Shown one piece after another: positions 19,078 through 28,478 of a stretch of 64,000 bases of DNA. The notes beneath the pieces are model-generated. The model made no database searches and was not told the DNA's origin. It saw only the letters and a list, made by a program, of their open reading frames with translations. The translations under genes were made by a program, and so were the position numbers. Source of the stretch: Marinosulfonomonas sp. GTDB lineage: Bacteria > Pseudomonadota > Alphaproteobacteria > Rhodobacterales > Rhodobacteraceae. Position 1 is the first letter of the stretch; each line of letters opens with the position of its first letter. Location of the stretch: positions 1 to 64,000 of the forward strand of contig JAWSVK010000018.1 in assembly GCA_033851955.1 (NCBI GenBank). Reading direction: 5' to 3'.

Positions 19078-20211
19078 ATGAAAAATAAAATATTTGCATC
19101 CCTCGTCGTGGCGAGCATTTTTGCCTCGGGCGCGGGACAGGCCGAAACCGTTTTCAAACAAGTGTCGGGCGTGAGCGCAGGCGACACCCTAAATGTGCGT
19201 TTGGGCGCAGGCTCCAAATTCCAAGACATCGGCGACATTCAACCAAACGAGGTTATCGCGGTTCTGGGCTATGATGCCTCGGGAAACTGGGCGAAAATAC
19301 TCTATCAGGGGCAAATCGCCTATGTCTCTGCCAGATACCTGTCGCCACTCAGCATTGCGCCAGCAAGCCCCACCTCGACCGGTCCCCATGTGGTGAAGGG
19401 CATCAAAGCCGGTGATCCTGATGGTGGCCTGGTTGTGCGCAAACGCGCCGGCACGGGGCAACCAAAAATCGGAGTTTTGACGAACCGCACCCCCGTCAAT
19501 GTGATCAAGCGCACCGCCAATGGGAAATGGGCCAAGATCCAGTTTGGAAATGGCACCGGTTGGGTCAGTGGCTTTTACTTGAACGCTCTGCAAACTGCGG
19601 TGCCTCAACCCATGCCATCGCCCACGCCGCAGACCGCGCCGGATGGCGGCAGCCTGCCCGCGATGTTCACCGTCACCGGTGTGGCCGCGAATGACAGCTT
19701 GAATTTTCGCGACGCACCCAACGCATCAGCCAACATCATCGGGCGGTTCGCCCCCGGTGCGCAAGTGCAGGTATTGAACATGGCCAGCGGCAATTGGGCC
19801 TATGTAACGGATGGCGAAACGGCAGGCTACGTAAGCACCCGTTTCCTCACCCGAAACAGCAGCACCGGAAATGCCCCAGTGACAACCGCAAACGGATTTA
19901 TCTTGGGCATCACTTGCCATGGCACCGAACCGTTCTGGTCGTTTAAAATCGCCGACGACCGCACCGTAACCTACACATCTCTGGTGAACGGGACCGCACC
20001 CCTAACTTCACTGGTGCAAACAACACCCTCCACGTTGACAGGCAGCTATCCCTTCGCGTTTTCAAGCCCGCCCTATTCGGGATTGATACGAACCCAACAA
20101 TGCTCAGACGGGATGTCGGACAACAGCTACACCATGTCAATTCAGCTGAATACGCCCACACAATCTGGCGGCACTCAAACCCTGAACGGGTGCTGCAACA
20201 TTCAACCTTGA
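19078..20211 (+). CDS. Secreted protein with multiple bacterial SH3 (SH3b) domains and a C-terminal Cys-containing domain
   Basis: Signal peptide (MKNKIFASLVVASIFASGAGQA). GTGAGG RBS. Repeated SH3_3-like segments (NVR...WAKI...GYV/GWV). Confidence 0.7.
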   Translation: MKNKIFASLVVASIFASGAGQAETVFKQVSGVSAGDTLNVRLGAGSKFQDIGDIQPNEVIAVLGYDASGNWAKILYQGQIAYVSARYLSPLSIAPASPTSTGPHVVKGIKAGDPDGGLVVRKRAGTGQPKIGVLTNRTPVNVIKRTANGKWAKIQFGNGTGWVSGFYLNALQTAVPQPMPSPTPQTAPDGGSLPAMFTVTGVAANDSLNFRDAPNASANIIGRFAPGAQVQVLNMASGNWAYVTDGETAGYVSTRFLTRNSSTGNAPVTTANGFILGITCHGTEPFWSFKIADDRTVTYTSLVNGTAPLTSLVQTTPSTLTGSYPFAFSSPPYSGLIRTQQCSDGMSDNSYTMSIQLNTPTQSGGTQTLNGCCNIQP

Positions 20212-20338
20212 TGCTGCAGCGACACAAAACCCGCCAATGCGCAACCGAACCTGTCACCGCATGCCGCAAATATTACCCCTTGAATTGACACGCGTTTCTG
20301 GCTCAAATGGGGTCACGGTTCTTTCGGGGGAAAACGAT

Positions 20339-22618
20339 ATGACTGTTCTAAAAGCCATCCTACTGCTCATGGTCCTAGCGTTACCTTGGAGCAACACCGC
20401 AAATGCGCAGTCGCTCTTTTCCACCAGCGAACCGACCGCCACCACACCCGTCCTGCCGGACCCATTAACCCCCGAAGCCGCAAACGCCCTGATGTCACGC
20501 CTCTCGGATGCCGAGGTGCGTGCGCTCTTGCTGGATCAGTTGCACACACAGGCCATAGAGACCGACACCGCCAATAACACCAATTTGTCCGACCTATTTT
20601 ATCACGCCACAACAGGTGCGGCGAACAACGCTATCAAATCGATAAAAGGCCTGCCCCAACTATTTGCAGGGGAGGCCAAAGTGTTTTCGACCTTCTACAA
20701 ACGCATTGGGGGTGGCAATGGTCTGTTGGTTATGTTCGGCTATTTCGTCCTTGTCTTTGGCATTGCCGCACTTGCGGAACTTGGATTTCGTCGCCTCACC
20801 AAAAACTGGCGCATTGCTCCGCCTGTAGATCCCAAAGACATCAAATTGCATGAAATCCTAAAGCTGTTGGTGCAACGCTTATCGACACAAGTGGTGGCCG
20901 TCGTTATTTTTATATTCGTGGCCAGAATTGCAAGTTCGCTCATAGTGCCAGCCAACATTCATCCCATCATCAGCCTGATCGGCTTTTATCTGATTGGTTT
21001 TCCACGCCTCGCGCTGGCCTTTGCGTTTTTCCTTTTTGCGCCGATGAACCGTGAATATCGTCTTTTAAACATCGAAACCCCAGCCGCTCGAAACTTTTGC
21101 AAACACCAGTTCTGGATTACGTTTTTGCTCGGCTTTTCCGTTGCGATGCCCGCCTTTAATCAGATGCACGGTATTGCTCCAGGCGAAATTAGGCTCGGCT
21201 TTTGGCTCAACACAGCGATGCATGTCTACATGGTTTGCGTGTTGTGGATCTATCGCAGCTCTGTCACCGATATGATGCGCGGCTCCGATCCAGACGTCAG
21301 CCCCCTTGAGGATCGTGTCGCACGCATCTACCCCTATTTCGGCATCGCGGTCGTAATCGCCGTCTGGTGGTTGGTCAAAATCATCGCCAGCTATGGCAAC
21401 TTTGAACTCCTCGCCAAAGCCCCTCATTATAAAACCATGACCCTGATCTTGTTTGCCCCCGCAATGGACACCCTGATCCGTGGCTTGGTACGCCACCTGT
21501 CACCGCCCATGAAAGGCGAGGGCATCGTTGCAGAGCGCGCCTATCTGGCAGGCAAACGCTCCTACATTCGCATCGGGCGCGTGTTGGTTTTTGGCTTCTC
21601 TGTGCTGATCATCGCAGGGTTCTGGGGCCTTTCTGCAACTCATATCGCATCCGCCGGTGTTGGCCCGCGGCTCGCTGGCTCCGCAATTGAATTCCTGTTC
21701 ATCATGTCAATTGGCTATTTGCTCTATGAGGCGGTCTCACTTTATATCAACAACAAACTGGCCGCCGAACAAACTGCATCGGGATTTGACCCAGACTCCG
21801 CCGAAGTTGGCGGCGATGGCGGCGGTGCTGGTGGTTCACGCCTGTCCACGGTTTTACCACTGATCTTGGGCGTGTGTCGCTCGATCATCGTGGTGGTGTT
21901 CCTATTGCTTGGACTGGGCCAAGCAGGCGTTGACACAACCCCATTGCTGGCAGGCGCCGGGATCGTCGGCTTGGCGATCGGCTTTGGTGCGCAAAAACTG
22001 GTGACTGACGTGGTCTCCGGCATCTTCTTTTTGATCGACGACGCCTTTCGCACCGGTGAATATGTGACCATTGATCAAACCATGGGCACGGTTGAAAAAA
22101 TCTCAATCCGCTCCCTGCAACTGCGCCACCACAAAGGACCGGTTCACACCATCCCCTTTGGTGAAATTCCCAAAATCACCAATTATTCCCGCGACTGGGT
22201 GATCATGAAACTGCGCTTTACTGTCCCGTTTGGCACTGACCCCAATAAGGTCAAAAAGATTTTCAAAAAGATCGGGCAAGAAATGCTGGAAATACCTGAA
22301 TTTGCGGATGATTTTATCCAACCGTTCAAATCCCAAGGGATGCTCGAAATTGATGACATCGGCATGGTGTTCCGCGGTAAATTCATGGCCAAACCCGGCA
22401 CCCAATTCACCATCCGCAAGGAAATATTCAACCGTGTGAACGCCGCCTTTGAGGAAAACGGATTGGAGTTTGCCCGCCGCGAAGTGCGCGTCGCCCTGCC
22501 CTCAATGGAGGGCACCAAATTGTCTCAAGAGGACAAAGCCGCGATTTCGGCCGCTGCAACCCAAGCCATTCAAGACACCCTGCCCGAAGACAAGACCGCA
22601 AAAGACAATCAACAATAA
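20339..22618 (+). CDS. Mechanosensitive ion channel family protein (MscS superfamily, large MscK-like form with N-terminal periplasmic region)
   Basis: Signal peptide at the internal Met (MTVLKAILLLMVLALPWSNTANA). Multiple TM helices. MscS core with the conserved FRTGEYV motif. Confidence 0.75.
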   Translation: MTVLKAILLLMVLALPWSNTANAQSLFSTSEPTATTPVLPDPLTPEAANALMSRLSDAEVRALLLDQLHTQAIETDTANNTNLSDLFYHATTGAANNAIKSIKGLPQLFAGEAKVFSTFYKRIGGGNGLLVMFGYFVLVFGIAALAELGFRRLTKNWRIAPPVDPKDIKLHEILKLLVQRLSTQVVAVVIFIFVARIASSLIVPANIHPIISLIGFYLIGFPRLALAFAFFLFAPMNREYRLLNIETPAARNFCKHQFWITFLLGFSVAMPAFNQMHGIAPGEIRLGFWLNTAMHVYMVCVLWIYRSSVTDMMRGSDPDVSPLEDRVARIYPYFGIAVVIAVWWLVKIIASYGNFELLAKAPHYKTMTLILFAPAMDTLIRGLVRHLSPPMKGEGIVAERAYLAGKRSYIRIGRVLVFGFSVLIIAGFWGLSATHIASAGVGPRLAGSAIEFLFIMSIGYLLYEAVSLYINNKLAAEQTASGFDPDSAEVGGDGGGAGGSRLSTVLPLILGVCRSIIVVVFLLLGLGQAGVDTTPLLAGAGIVGLAIGFGAQKLVTDVVSGIFFLIDDAFRTGEYVTIDQTMGTVEKISIRSLQLRHHKGPVHTIPFGEIPKITNYSRDWVIMKLRFTVPFGTDPNKVKKIFKKIGQEMLEIPEFADDFIQPFKSQGMLEIDDIGMVFRGKFMAKPGTQFTIRKEIFNRVNAAFEENGLEFARREVRVALPSMEGTKLSQEDKAAISAAATQAIQDTLPEDKTAKDNQQ

Positions 22619-22631
22619 CCCAACCCAGCGA

Positions 22632-23888
22632 CTAGCGGAAAATCTTTAGCGCAACATCCTTTGAAGCCCCCAAAAGGCGCATCGACACCAAGGGCGCCAA
22701 AACACGTCGTTCCGGTCGGCTATCGATGAATTTCGACATCAAGGTCTTGCCGTCTGCAACCGCCGCCAGATGACCCGACACCGGCTGATTGACACGCAAT
22801 TGCATCTGCGTCATCGCGCCCTCCACATCAACTTGGCTCAACCGTTGTGGGACCACAAATCGCAAGGCGGGATCCGCCGATTTCAACGTCACAAACGGCA
22901 CATCTCCAATCGGATCACGTAAATCACGCGCCAATCTCTGCGCCGTCTCAACCGCCTCATGCCAGCACCAACCGGATGTCTCGACAGGGCGCAAAAGATT
23001 GCCCGTGACGAAATAGCTAGGATCAGTTGCGCGGCCATATTGGTCAATCACAGGCCCCCCCGTCCCCGCATCCACTTGCAAGTGACTGGCATACAAAAGC
23101 GCGGCCTCAGGCCGAAACTGCCCCGAAATAATGACCCCGTCTGTTTCAATCACTTGGGTCGCACCACGCCGATTGACAAAGCTCACCGCTTCAACCTTTT
23201 GCTGCCCGTAGATGCGCAGATCACGCGCAGCCGTGTGCAGCGGAACACCCTTGAACGCCGCATAGGGCCGCATCACACGACGCACCGTCACACGGGCGTC
23301 TTCCTCAATCATCGCCGCCGCTCGCATGCCGCCATGCCGACAGGTCATTATCGCCGAAAATGACACCAGCTCGCTGCCCAAAATAACGGGGCGCTTGAAC
23401 GGGCGTTTGCCGTTCAAATAGACCATCGCCTGCAACGCACCCGTGGTCACCACCCCCTGTGGACGCGTCCCCGAAAGGAACCTTTGGGCACGGCTGCTCT
23501 CACGCACGCCAGTGCACAGCGCCACACGATTGGCCTGCAAATCCACGTTGCCCTCGGCCGTGTTTAAACTCAGTCGCGCGTTCGGATGCAGTGCTGTCAC
23601 CGACACGCCCGTGCGAATATCCACCCCTGCCGCAACCGCGTTTTCCACCAAGGTACGCGCATAATGCGGCCCCTTAAGAACGCGGCCCAACTCTCTGACA
23701 CCAAACGGATAATGACCGCAATGACGCGGCACACCACCGGCCTCAACATCGCGTTCCAACACCACGACATCCTCAACACCGATCTGGCGCAGCGCCGTTG
23801 CCAGCGCCAAGCCAGCCGTGCCACCGCCGACAATCGCGACGTTGCAATTTAGCACGCTACGCATCCTTTTCCCCAATTGGCGGATCAA
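22632..23888 (-). CDS. NAD(P)/FAD-dependent oxidoreductase
   Basis: N-terminal dinucleotide-binding motif VAIVGGGTAGLALA. Overlaps the upstream oxidoreductase gene by 32 nt, so the two form an operon. Confidence 0.7.
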   Translation of the reverse strand: MIRQLGKRMRSVLNCNVAIVGGGTAGLALATALRQIGVEDVVVLERDVEAGGVPRHCGHYPFGVRELGRVLKGPHYARTLVENAVAAGVDIRTGVSVTALHPNARLSLNTAEGNVDLQANRVALCTGVRESSRAQRFLSGTRPQGVVTTGALQAMVYLNGKRPFKRPVILGSELVSFSAIMTCRHGGMRAAAMIEEDARVTVRRVMRPYAAFKGVPLHTAARDLRIYGQQKVEAVSFVNRRGATQVIETDGVIISGQFRPEAALLYASHLQVDAGTGGPVIDQYGRATDPSYFVTGNLLRPVETSGWCWHEAVETAQRLARDLRDPIGDVPFVTLKSADPALRFVVPQRLSQVDVEGAMTQMQLRVNQPVSGHLAAVADGKTLMSKFIDSRPERRVLAPLVSMRLLGASKDVALKIFR

Positions 23889-25254
23889 GATAGCCTGCCG
23901 TCAAACTGGACAGCGCACCAGTGCAATAGAACCCCTGACAACGCCCCATCGTCACCCGCGTGCGCCGTTTAAGACCCTGCAAAGTTGTCGGTGCCATCGG
24001 CCCGTTTAGCGCGGCCAAAATCTCGCGTTTGGTCACCAGCTCGCAGTGACAAATGATTCCGCCGTGGCCGGGGCCCTCCCAGTCGCGCCCGTGATAATTC
24101 GACAATCTGTCAGGGGTCGGACAGGTCGGTTTTTTGATCGGCGCCCCCTGAAACGCGACGCCTATATTCATCTGCGCCACATGCCGCGCAATGCCCAAAG
24201 CCGCGCTCAAACCCGTCGAGCGAATACCCGAAACCGAAATATAATTTCGCACCGGGTGCTGACTGATTTGATAATCTTGATGCTCGGTCGCAGGCCGCAA
24301 ACCAGCATAGACCGTGGTGACTTCGAAATCGGCCAATGCGGGCAATATCTCTATGCCCTTGGCGCGTAAATCGTGCAAACTCGCGGCCTCGGTTGTGGCC
24401 TCGCAGCGGCTGTCTTGTTCCTCGGCTGTGGGGCCAACCGCGAGATTGCCAAAGATGGTGCGAAAGATCACCACGCCTTTAGTGGTCTTGGTCGGTACCG
24501 GCAGTAACACCGCCGAAGCAAGCGCGGACGCGGGCTTGTCAAACACCACGAACTGCCCCTTGCGTGGCTTGATCGTGAAACTGGCCTGCCCCAACAATCG
24601 CTGATCAATGATGTCACCATAAAGCCCCGCACAGTTTATCACCTGCTTGGCCCGCACCCGCCCTGTTGAAACATCCAAGGTCCAGACATCGCCATCAAAC
24701 ACGCCGCCCAAAACCTCGGCATTACGGCGCAGCTCGGCCCCGTTGGCCATAGCTTGCAAAATGTAGGCGTGCGCGGTGGCCCACGGGTCAATGACGTATT
24801 CACCCGGAACGACAAAACCACCTTTCAGCTTCTGCGAAAGCGCAGGTTCGGCCTCCAGCAATGCCGCACGGCTGCGCAGCTCTACATCCAAAACGCCGTT
24901 TTGATGCGCCTTTTCAACCAGCGCTGGCAGGCTCGCCAATTGCTCATCACTCCACGCCAAAACCATCGCGCCGGTTTTTAATATTGGCAGGCCCAACCCC
25001 TCGCGGATGTCTAAATATTCGGCATAGCCCGCCGCAACGCAAGCCTGCTCAACCGATCCCGGTGGCGCGTCAAACCCTGTGTGTAAAATCGCCGAGTTTG
25101 CCTTGGACGCCCCATCCAACACCTCGGCGGCCTTTTCCAAAACCACGACTTTGGCCCCATCCAAAGTGAACCTGCGGGCCATCGCACAGCCAACCACGCC
25201 CGCTCCAATAACAGCGACATCAAATATGGGGTCTTGGTCTGGTGATTTCGACAT
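23857..25254 (-). CDS. FAD-dependent oxidoreductase with C-terminal BFD-like [2Fe-2S]-binding domain (GlpA/LhgO-like N-terminus)
   Basis: DVAVIGAGVVGCAMAR FAD motif. C-terminal CHCE...GRCQGFYC cysteine pattern. Confidence 0.75.
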   Translation of the reverse strand: MSKSPDQDPIFDVAVIGAGVVGCAMARRFTLDGAKVVVLEKAAEVLDGASKANSAILHTGFDAPPGSVEQACVAAGYAEYLDIREGLGLPILKTGAMVLAWSDEQLASLPALVEKAHQNGVLDVELRSRAALLEAEPALSQKLKGGFVVPGEYVIDPWATAHAYILQAMANGAELRRNAEVLGGVFDGDVWTLDVSTGRVRAKQVINCAGLYGDIIDQRLLGQASFTIKPRKGQFVVFDKPASALASAVLLPVPTKTTKGVVIFRTIFGNLAVGPTAEEQDSRCEATTEAASLHDLRAKGIEILPALADFEVTTVYAGLRPATEHQDYQISQHPVRNYISVSGIRSTGLSAALGIARHVAQMNIGVAFQGAPIKKPTCPTPDRLSNYHGRDWEGPGHGGIICHCELVTKREILAALNGPMAPTTLQGLKRRTRVTMGRCQGFYCTGALSSLTAGYLDPPIGEKDA

Positions 25255-25403
25255 TTAGCGGCCTTACATTCCTTGGCCCTACCCTGTCTGGGCGCCTTCG
25301 ACTTGGCAAGACAATTGAGCCCCTCTGGCTGCGCCGTAACGTCAGGATTGCCACGCCGCCCGACGCACTGCATTCTTGGATCAACCAATTGTGAGAGGCC
25401 ACC

Positions 25404-26567
25404 ATGCGTAAGTTTTTCAAATATTTCATCAGAGGTTTTCTGCTGTTCGCCGTCATTCTAGCAGTCGTCGCCATCTGGCAACGTGAGAAAATTTTTCGCT
25501 TAATGGCCGTCAACAGCCTGTTCTCGAAGGAGAAAATAGTCAATAATTTCAGCAATATGGAAACAATGTTCCTGACCCAGCCACTTGCAAAAGGAGATGG
25601 AGCGTTCACCGCATTGCCCAGCGGCACCGCCCGCACCCTGCCCACAGAGGTGGACGCATGGATAAAGGCCCGCAACGTTACATCTCTTGTGGTGTTGAAG
25701 GACGGCGCAGTCGTGGCCGAGGACTATTATCTTGGAACCGGCGCAAATGATCTGCGTATTTCGTGGTCAGTGGCCAAAAGCTTTCTTTCGGCGTTGGTCG
25801 GCATTGAATTGGCCCAAGGCTCCATCACCTCGCTTGACGATCCAGTCACCAAATATGCCCCGATGCTGACAGGCAGCGCCTATGACGGCACCACGATCCG
25901 TCAAGTTTTGAATATGGCGAGCGGGGTGCGCTTCAACGAGGACTACCTCGATTTCAACTCGGACATTAACCGAATGGGTCGCGTTTTGGCGTTGGGGGGA
26001 TCCATGGACAGCTTTGCGGCCGACATCACCGAACGTCAACATGACCCCGGCAAAACATGGCAATATGTGTCCATCGACACCCATGTTATCGGCATGGTGA
26101 TCCGCGGCGCAACCGGGCGTGGTGTGGCCGAACTGCTTGAGGAAAAAATCATCAAACCCTTGGGTCTAAAAATTGCACCCTATTATGTTACCGACGGCAA
26201 CGGCGTGGCGTTTGTGTTGGGTGGTTTGAACCTCGCCACACGTGATTATGCCCGTTTTGGTCAGATGTTTATGAACGGCGGGCGCTGGAACGGCGTGCAG
26301 GTCGTACCCGAGGATTGGGTCAATGCCTCAACTCGCGCCACTGCCCCGACAGCGCCAGATCATATCGGATATGGATATCAATGGTGGGTGCCACGGGGCG
26401 CAGTTGAGGGCGAATATTTGGCACGTGGGATTTACGGGCAATACATCTATGTAAATCGCCCCCAAGGCGTGGTCATCGCCACCACAGCCGCCGACAAACT
26501 GTTCCGCGAAGATGGCGTTTCACAACAAAACGTCGCCATTTTCCGCGCCATTGCGCAAGGTATATAG
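25404..26567 (+). CDS. Serine hydrolase, beta-lactamase/esterase family (N-terminal membrane anchor)
   Basis: SxxK active-site motif (SVAKS). Family-typical length. N-terminal hydrophobic helix. Confidence 0.75.
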   Translation: MRKFFKYFIRGFLLFAVILAVVAIWQREKIFRLMAVNSLFSKEKIVNNFSNMETMFLTQPLAKGDGAFTALPSGTARTLPTEVDAWIKARNVTSLVVLKDGAVVAEDYYLGTGANDLRISWSVAKSFLSALVGIELAQGSITSLDDPVTKYAPMLTGSAYDGTTIRQVLNMASGVRFNEDYLDFNSDINRMGRVLALGGSMDSFAADITERQHDPGKTWQYVSIDTHVIGMVIRGATGRGVAELLEEKIIKPLGLKIAPYYVTDGNGVAFVLGGLNLATRDYARFGQMFMNGGRWNGVQVVPEDWVNASTRATAPTAPDHIGYGYQWWVPRGAVEGEYLARGIYGQYIYVNRPQGVVIATTAADKLFREDGVSQQNVAIFRAIAQGI

Positions 26568-26582
26568 CCCAATTGAAATGAC

Positions 26583-26616
26583 CCCGCCCAGTGCTCCGGG
26601 CGGGGTCTTTGTTTTC
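26583..26616 (+). terminator. Rho-independent terminator
   Basis: CCCCGCCC-agtgctcc-GGGCGGGG followed by TCTTTGTTTT. Confidence 0.55.
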
Positions 26617-26639
26617 ATCGCACCTTTAATAGCAGCGCT

Positions 26640-27797
26640 TTAATCACGCAGACGAACAAGGTCGTTCATCAGCCCATCCATGCCGTTGTGAACCGTCAAA
26701 CGTTCCACCTTGGCAACGATGCCCTCCAACGCTTCCAGCTCTTTGAGCCGCAGCATCACAGGGTTGTCCGCCATCACCTTGGCAGTGTTCAGCAAGGACC
26801 GCGTGGCGTTGGTTTCCTCGCGCCGACGGATGACATTGGCCTCGGCCTCTTTTTGCACCGCGACAACTTGGTTCAAGATATCGCGCATGTCACCCGGCAG
26901 GATCACGTCTTTCAACGCGATCTCACCGACCTCAACACCGATCAACGCCATTTCGGCACGCACCGCTTTCGCGGCCTCGGCATCTACCGACACCTTGTCC
27001 GCCAGCATTTGGTCCAGCGTCAATGCCCCCAGCGTTTTACGAAACGCCAATTGCAAAGCAAGGTGCAACGTTTGCGCGAAATCTTTCACAGCACTGGTGG
27101 CCAACGCGGGGTCAGTCACACGGTAATCCCCCGAAAGATTGACCCGCAGCGTCACACGGTCCTTGGTCAGAATTTCCTGACCGCTGACGTCCAGGTTCTG
27201 CCAACGGGTGTCCACCAGCTTGACCAGATGTTTGCGCCCAAGCAGCCAGAACCAGTATGTTCCAGCCGCCAGAACCCGCGCGTGAACACCGTCAATCGAC
27301 AGAATCCCAACGTGGCCCTGCGCAACCTCAACCGAGGTCATATGCTTGGCCAGCCCCGACCGCATCAAACGCTGCGCCAATTTCGGCGCAACGCCGTGGC
27401 CGTCAGAAACATCCAGACGCTCAACCGCCCAATCAGCCGCATCCGTCCAGTAAACCGCACGTTGATCAGGCATCACCAATTCGTAAGCGCGCCCATCGCG
27501 GGTCACAATCGCCACCTCATCGGCATCCGTGCGCACCACAGTCAGATGTGTTTCGACCAGATCGGGGCGCGCCCGCAGCAGCGCCTCGTCATAGGTTGAC
27601 ACGAAACGGGGACCATTTAGATCATGCTTTTGGATCACGACATTGCGCCGCAACAGGTGTTCACCCGCATCCAATATCGTTGCAAACCGCCCTTTTTCCA
27701 GCACAAGCACCCGCTGGCTTTCGGTTACAGTCACGCGCTGGAAACCCAGCACTCTTTCAATCACATGTCTCATCTCATAGTCTCCTTTTCGTCTCAA
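26640..27797 (-). CDS. SPFH/band-7 (slipin-like) domain protein
   Basis: The C-terminal half resembles an SPFH domain with a coiled-coil tail (QKEAEANVIRRREETNATRS). The N-terminal extension is of unknown function. Confidence 0.55.
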   Translation of the reverse strand: MRRKGDYEMRHVIERVLGFQRVTVTESQRVLVLEKGRFATILDAGEHLLRRNVVIQKHDLNGPRFVSTYDEALLRARPDLVETHLTVVRTDADEVAIVTRDGRAYELVMPDQRAVYWTDAADWAVERLDVSDGHGVAPKLAQRLMRSGLAKHMTSVEVAQGHVGILSIDGVHARVLAAGTYWFWLLGRKHLVKLVDTRWQNLDVSGQEILTKDRVTLRVNLSGDYRVTDPALATSAVKDFAQTLHLALQLAFRKTLGALTLDQMLADKVSVDAEAAKAVRAEMALIGVEVGEIALKDVILPGDMRDILNQVVAVQKEAEANVIRRREETNATRSLLNTAKVMADNPVMLRLKELEALEGIVAKVERLTVHNGMDGLMNDLVRLRD

Positions 27798-28132
27798 TCC
27801 ATTATCGTCGTCGCAAAGCGATAACTCCTTGTTAGATTGCCATTATTGGCGGGTTAGGGCCCCAGAATTTGGGGCGGTGAATGGATGCCGAGGCCCTCCA
27901 TGCCATGGTCAATCGCGGCAAGACAGGGAGCGGAGCTTGGGCGAAATCGGCGCGACATAGGTGATCGAAATCCCCTGTGTCGGGCCAAATTGCCCTTACT
28001 CGTCACCCACATTGCGGCCAAAGGCCAGAGCTGTGGCAGCCCGTTGTTTTGCGGCCTCCTCGAAAGGCGGTCACATTGCGCAAGACCACCCCAACAGGAC
28101 GGCCTCGACACCCGAATTTGAAGCCGCTTACG

Positions 28133-28157
28133 CGGTCCGCACAGGACTCGAACCTGC
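28133..28157 (-). other. Isolated tRNA 3'-end fragment (T-arm GCAGGTTCGAGTCCTGT plus acceptor-like GCGGACC) immediately 3' of the tRNA below
   Basis: A canonical GGTTCGAGTCC T-loop is read on the minus strand. No matching D-arm, anticodon arm or 5' acceptor stem could be found. Confidence 0.3.
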
Positions 28158-28180
28158 TCAGTGTTTCCACCTTACCCAAG

Positions 28181-28253
28181 GTTTGATGGCGGGGTTCGAA
28201 CCCGCTACAGGCAAATTATAATTTTGCTGCTCTACCAGATGAGCTACATCAAC
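28181..28253 (-). tRNA. tRNA with anticodon UAU (Ile-AUA reading type), 73 nt, no encoded CCA, G1:A72 mismatch
   Basis: Manually folded cloverleaf: acceptor GTTGATG/CATCAAA; D-arm GCTC-ATCTGGTA-GAGC (U8, A14, G18G19, A21); anticodon arm GCAAA-AUUAUAA-TTTGC; 5-nt variable loop; T-arm GCGGG-TTCGAAC-CCCGC. Confidence 0.55.
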
Positions 28254-28478
28254 AAGAGGTAACAGACCTCTGTTCCCGCCTCCACTTCACAGCCTAGGCA
28301 TACGCAGCGGCAGGGCCGAAACGCACCGGACGGGATAAAAACCCGAACCACATAGGTCTGATCCGCAACAAGCGGAGGGCGCATATGCGACTGATTTAGA
28401 TTCGAAACAACAGGGTAAATTTTGGGGCCGCGTTACGGGCCACAAAGCGTGACAAATTTAACGCAGGTCAAAAATGGC

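Noticed and set aside
26688-27599. 303-aa plus-strand ORF, and a 138-aa one, lying fully inside the minus-strand SPFH gene
   Set aside because: Antisense ORFs of this length are common in high-GC DNA. The protein is low-complexity (Arg/Gln/His-rich) with no motif. The minus-strand gene has the recognisable domain.
27850-28130. Possible tmRNA (ssrA) or other structured RNA in the 680-bp gap beside the tRNA
   Set aside because: No tag-peptide reading frame ending ...ALAA-stop. No 3' CCA-bearing tRNA-like domain. No 5' GGGG acceptor. The T-arm-like segment is an isolated fragment.
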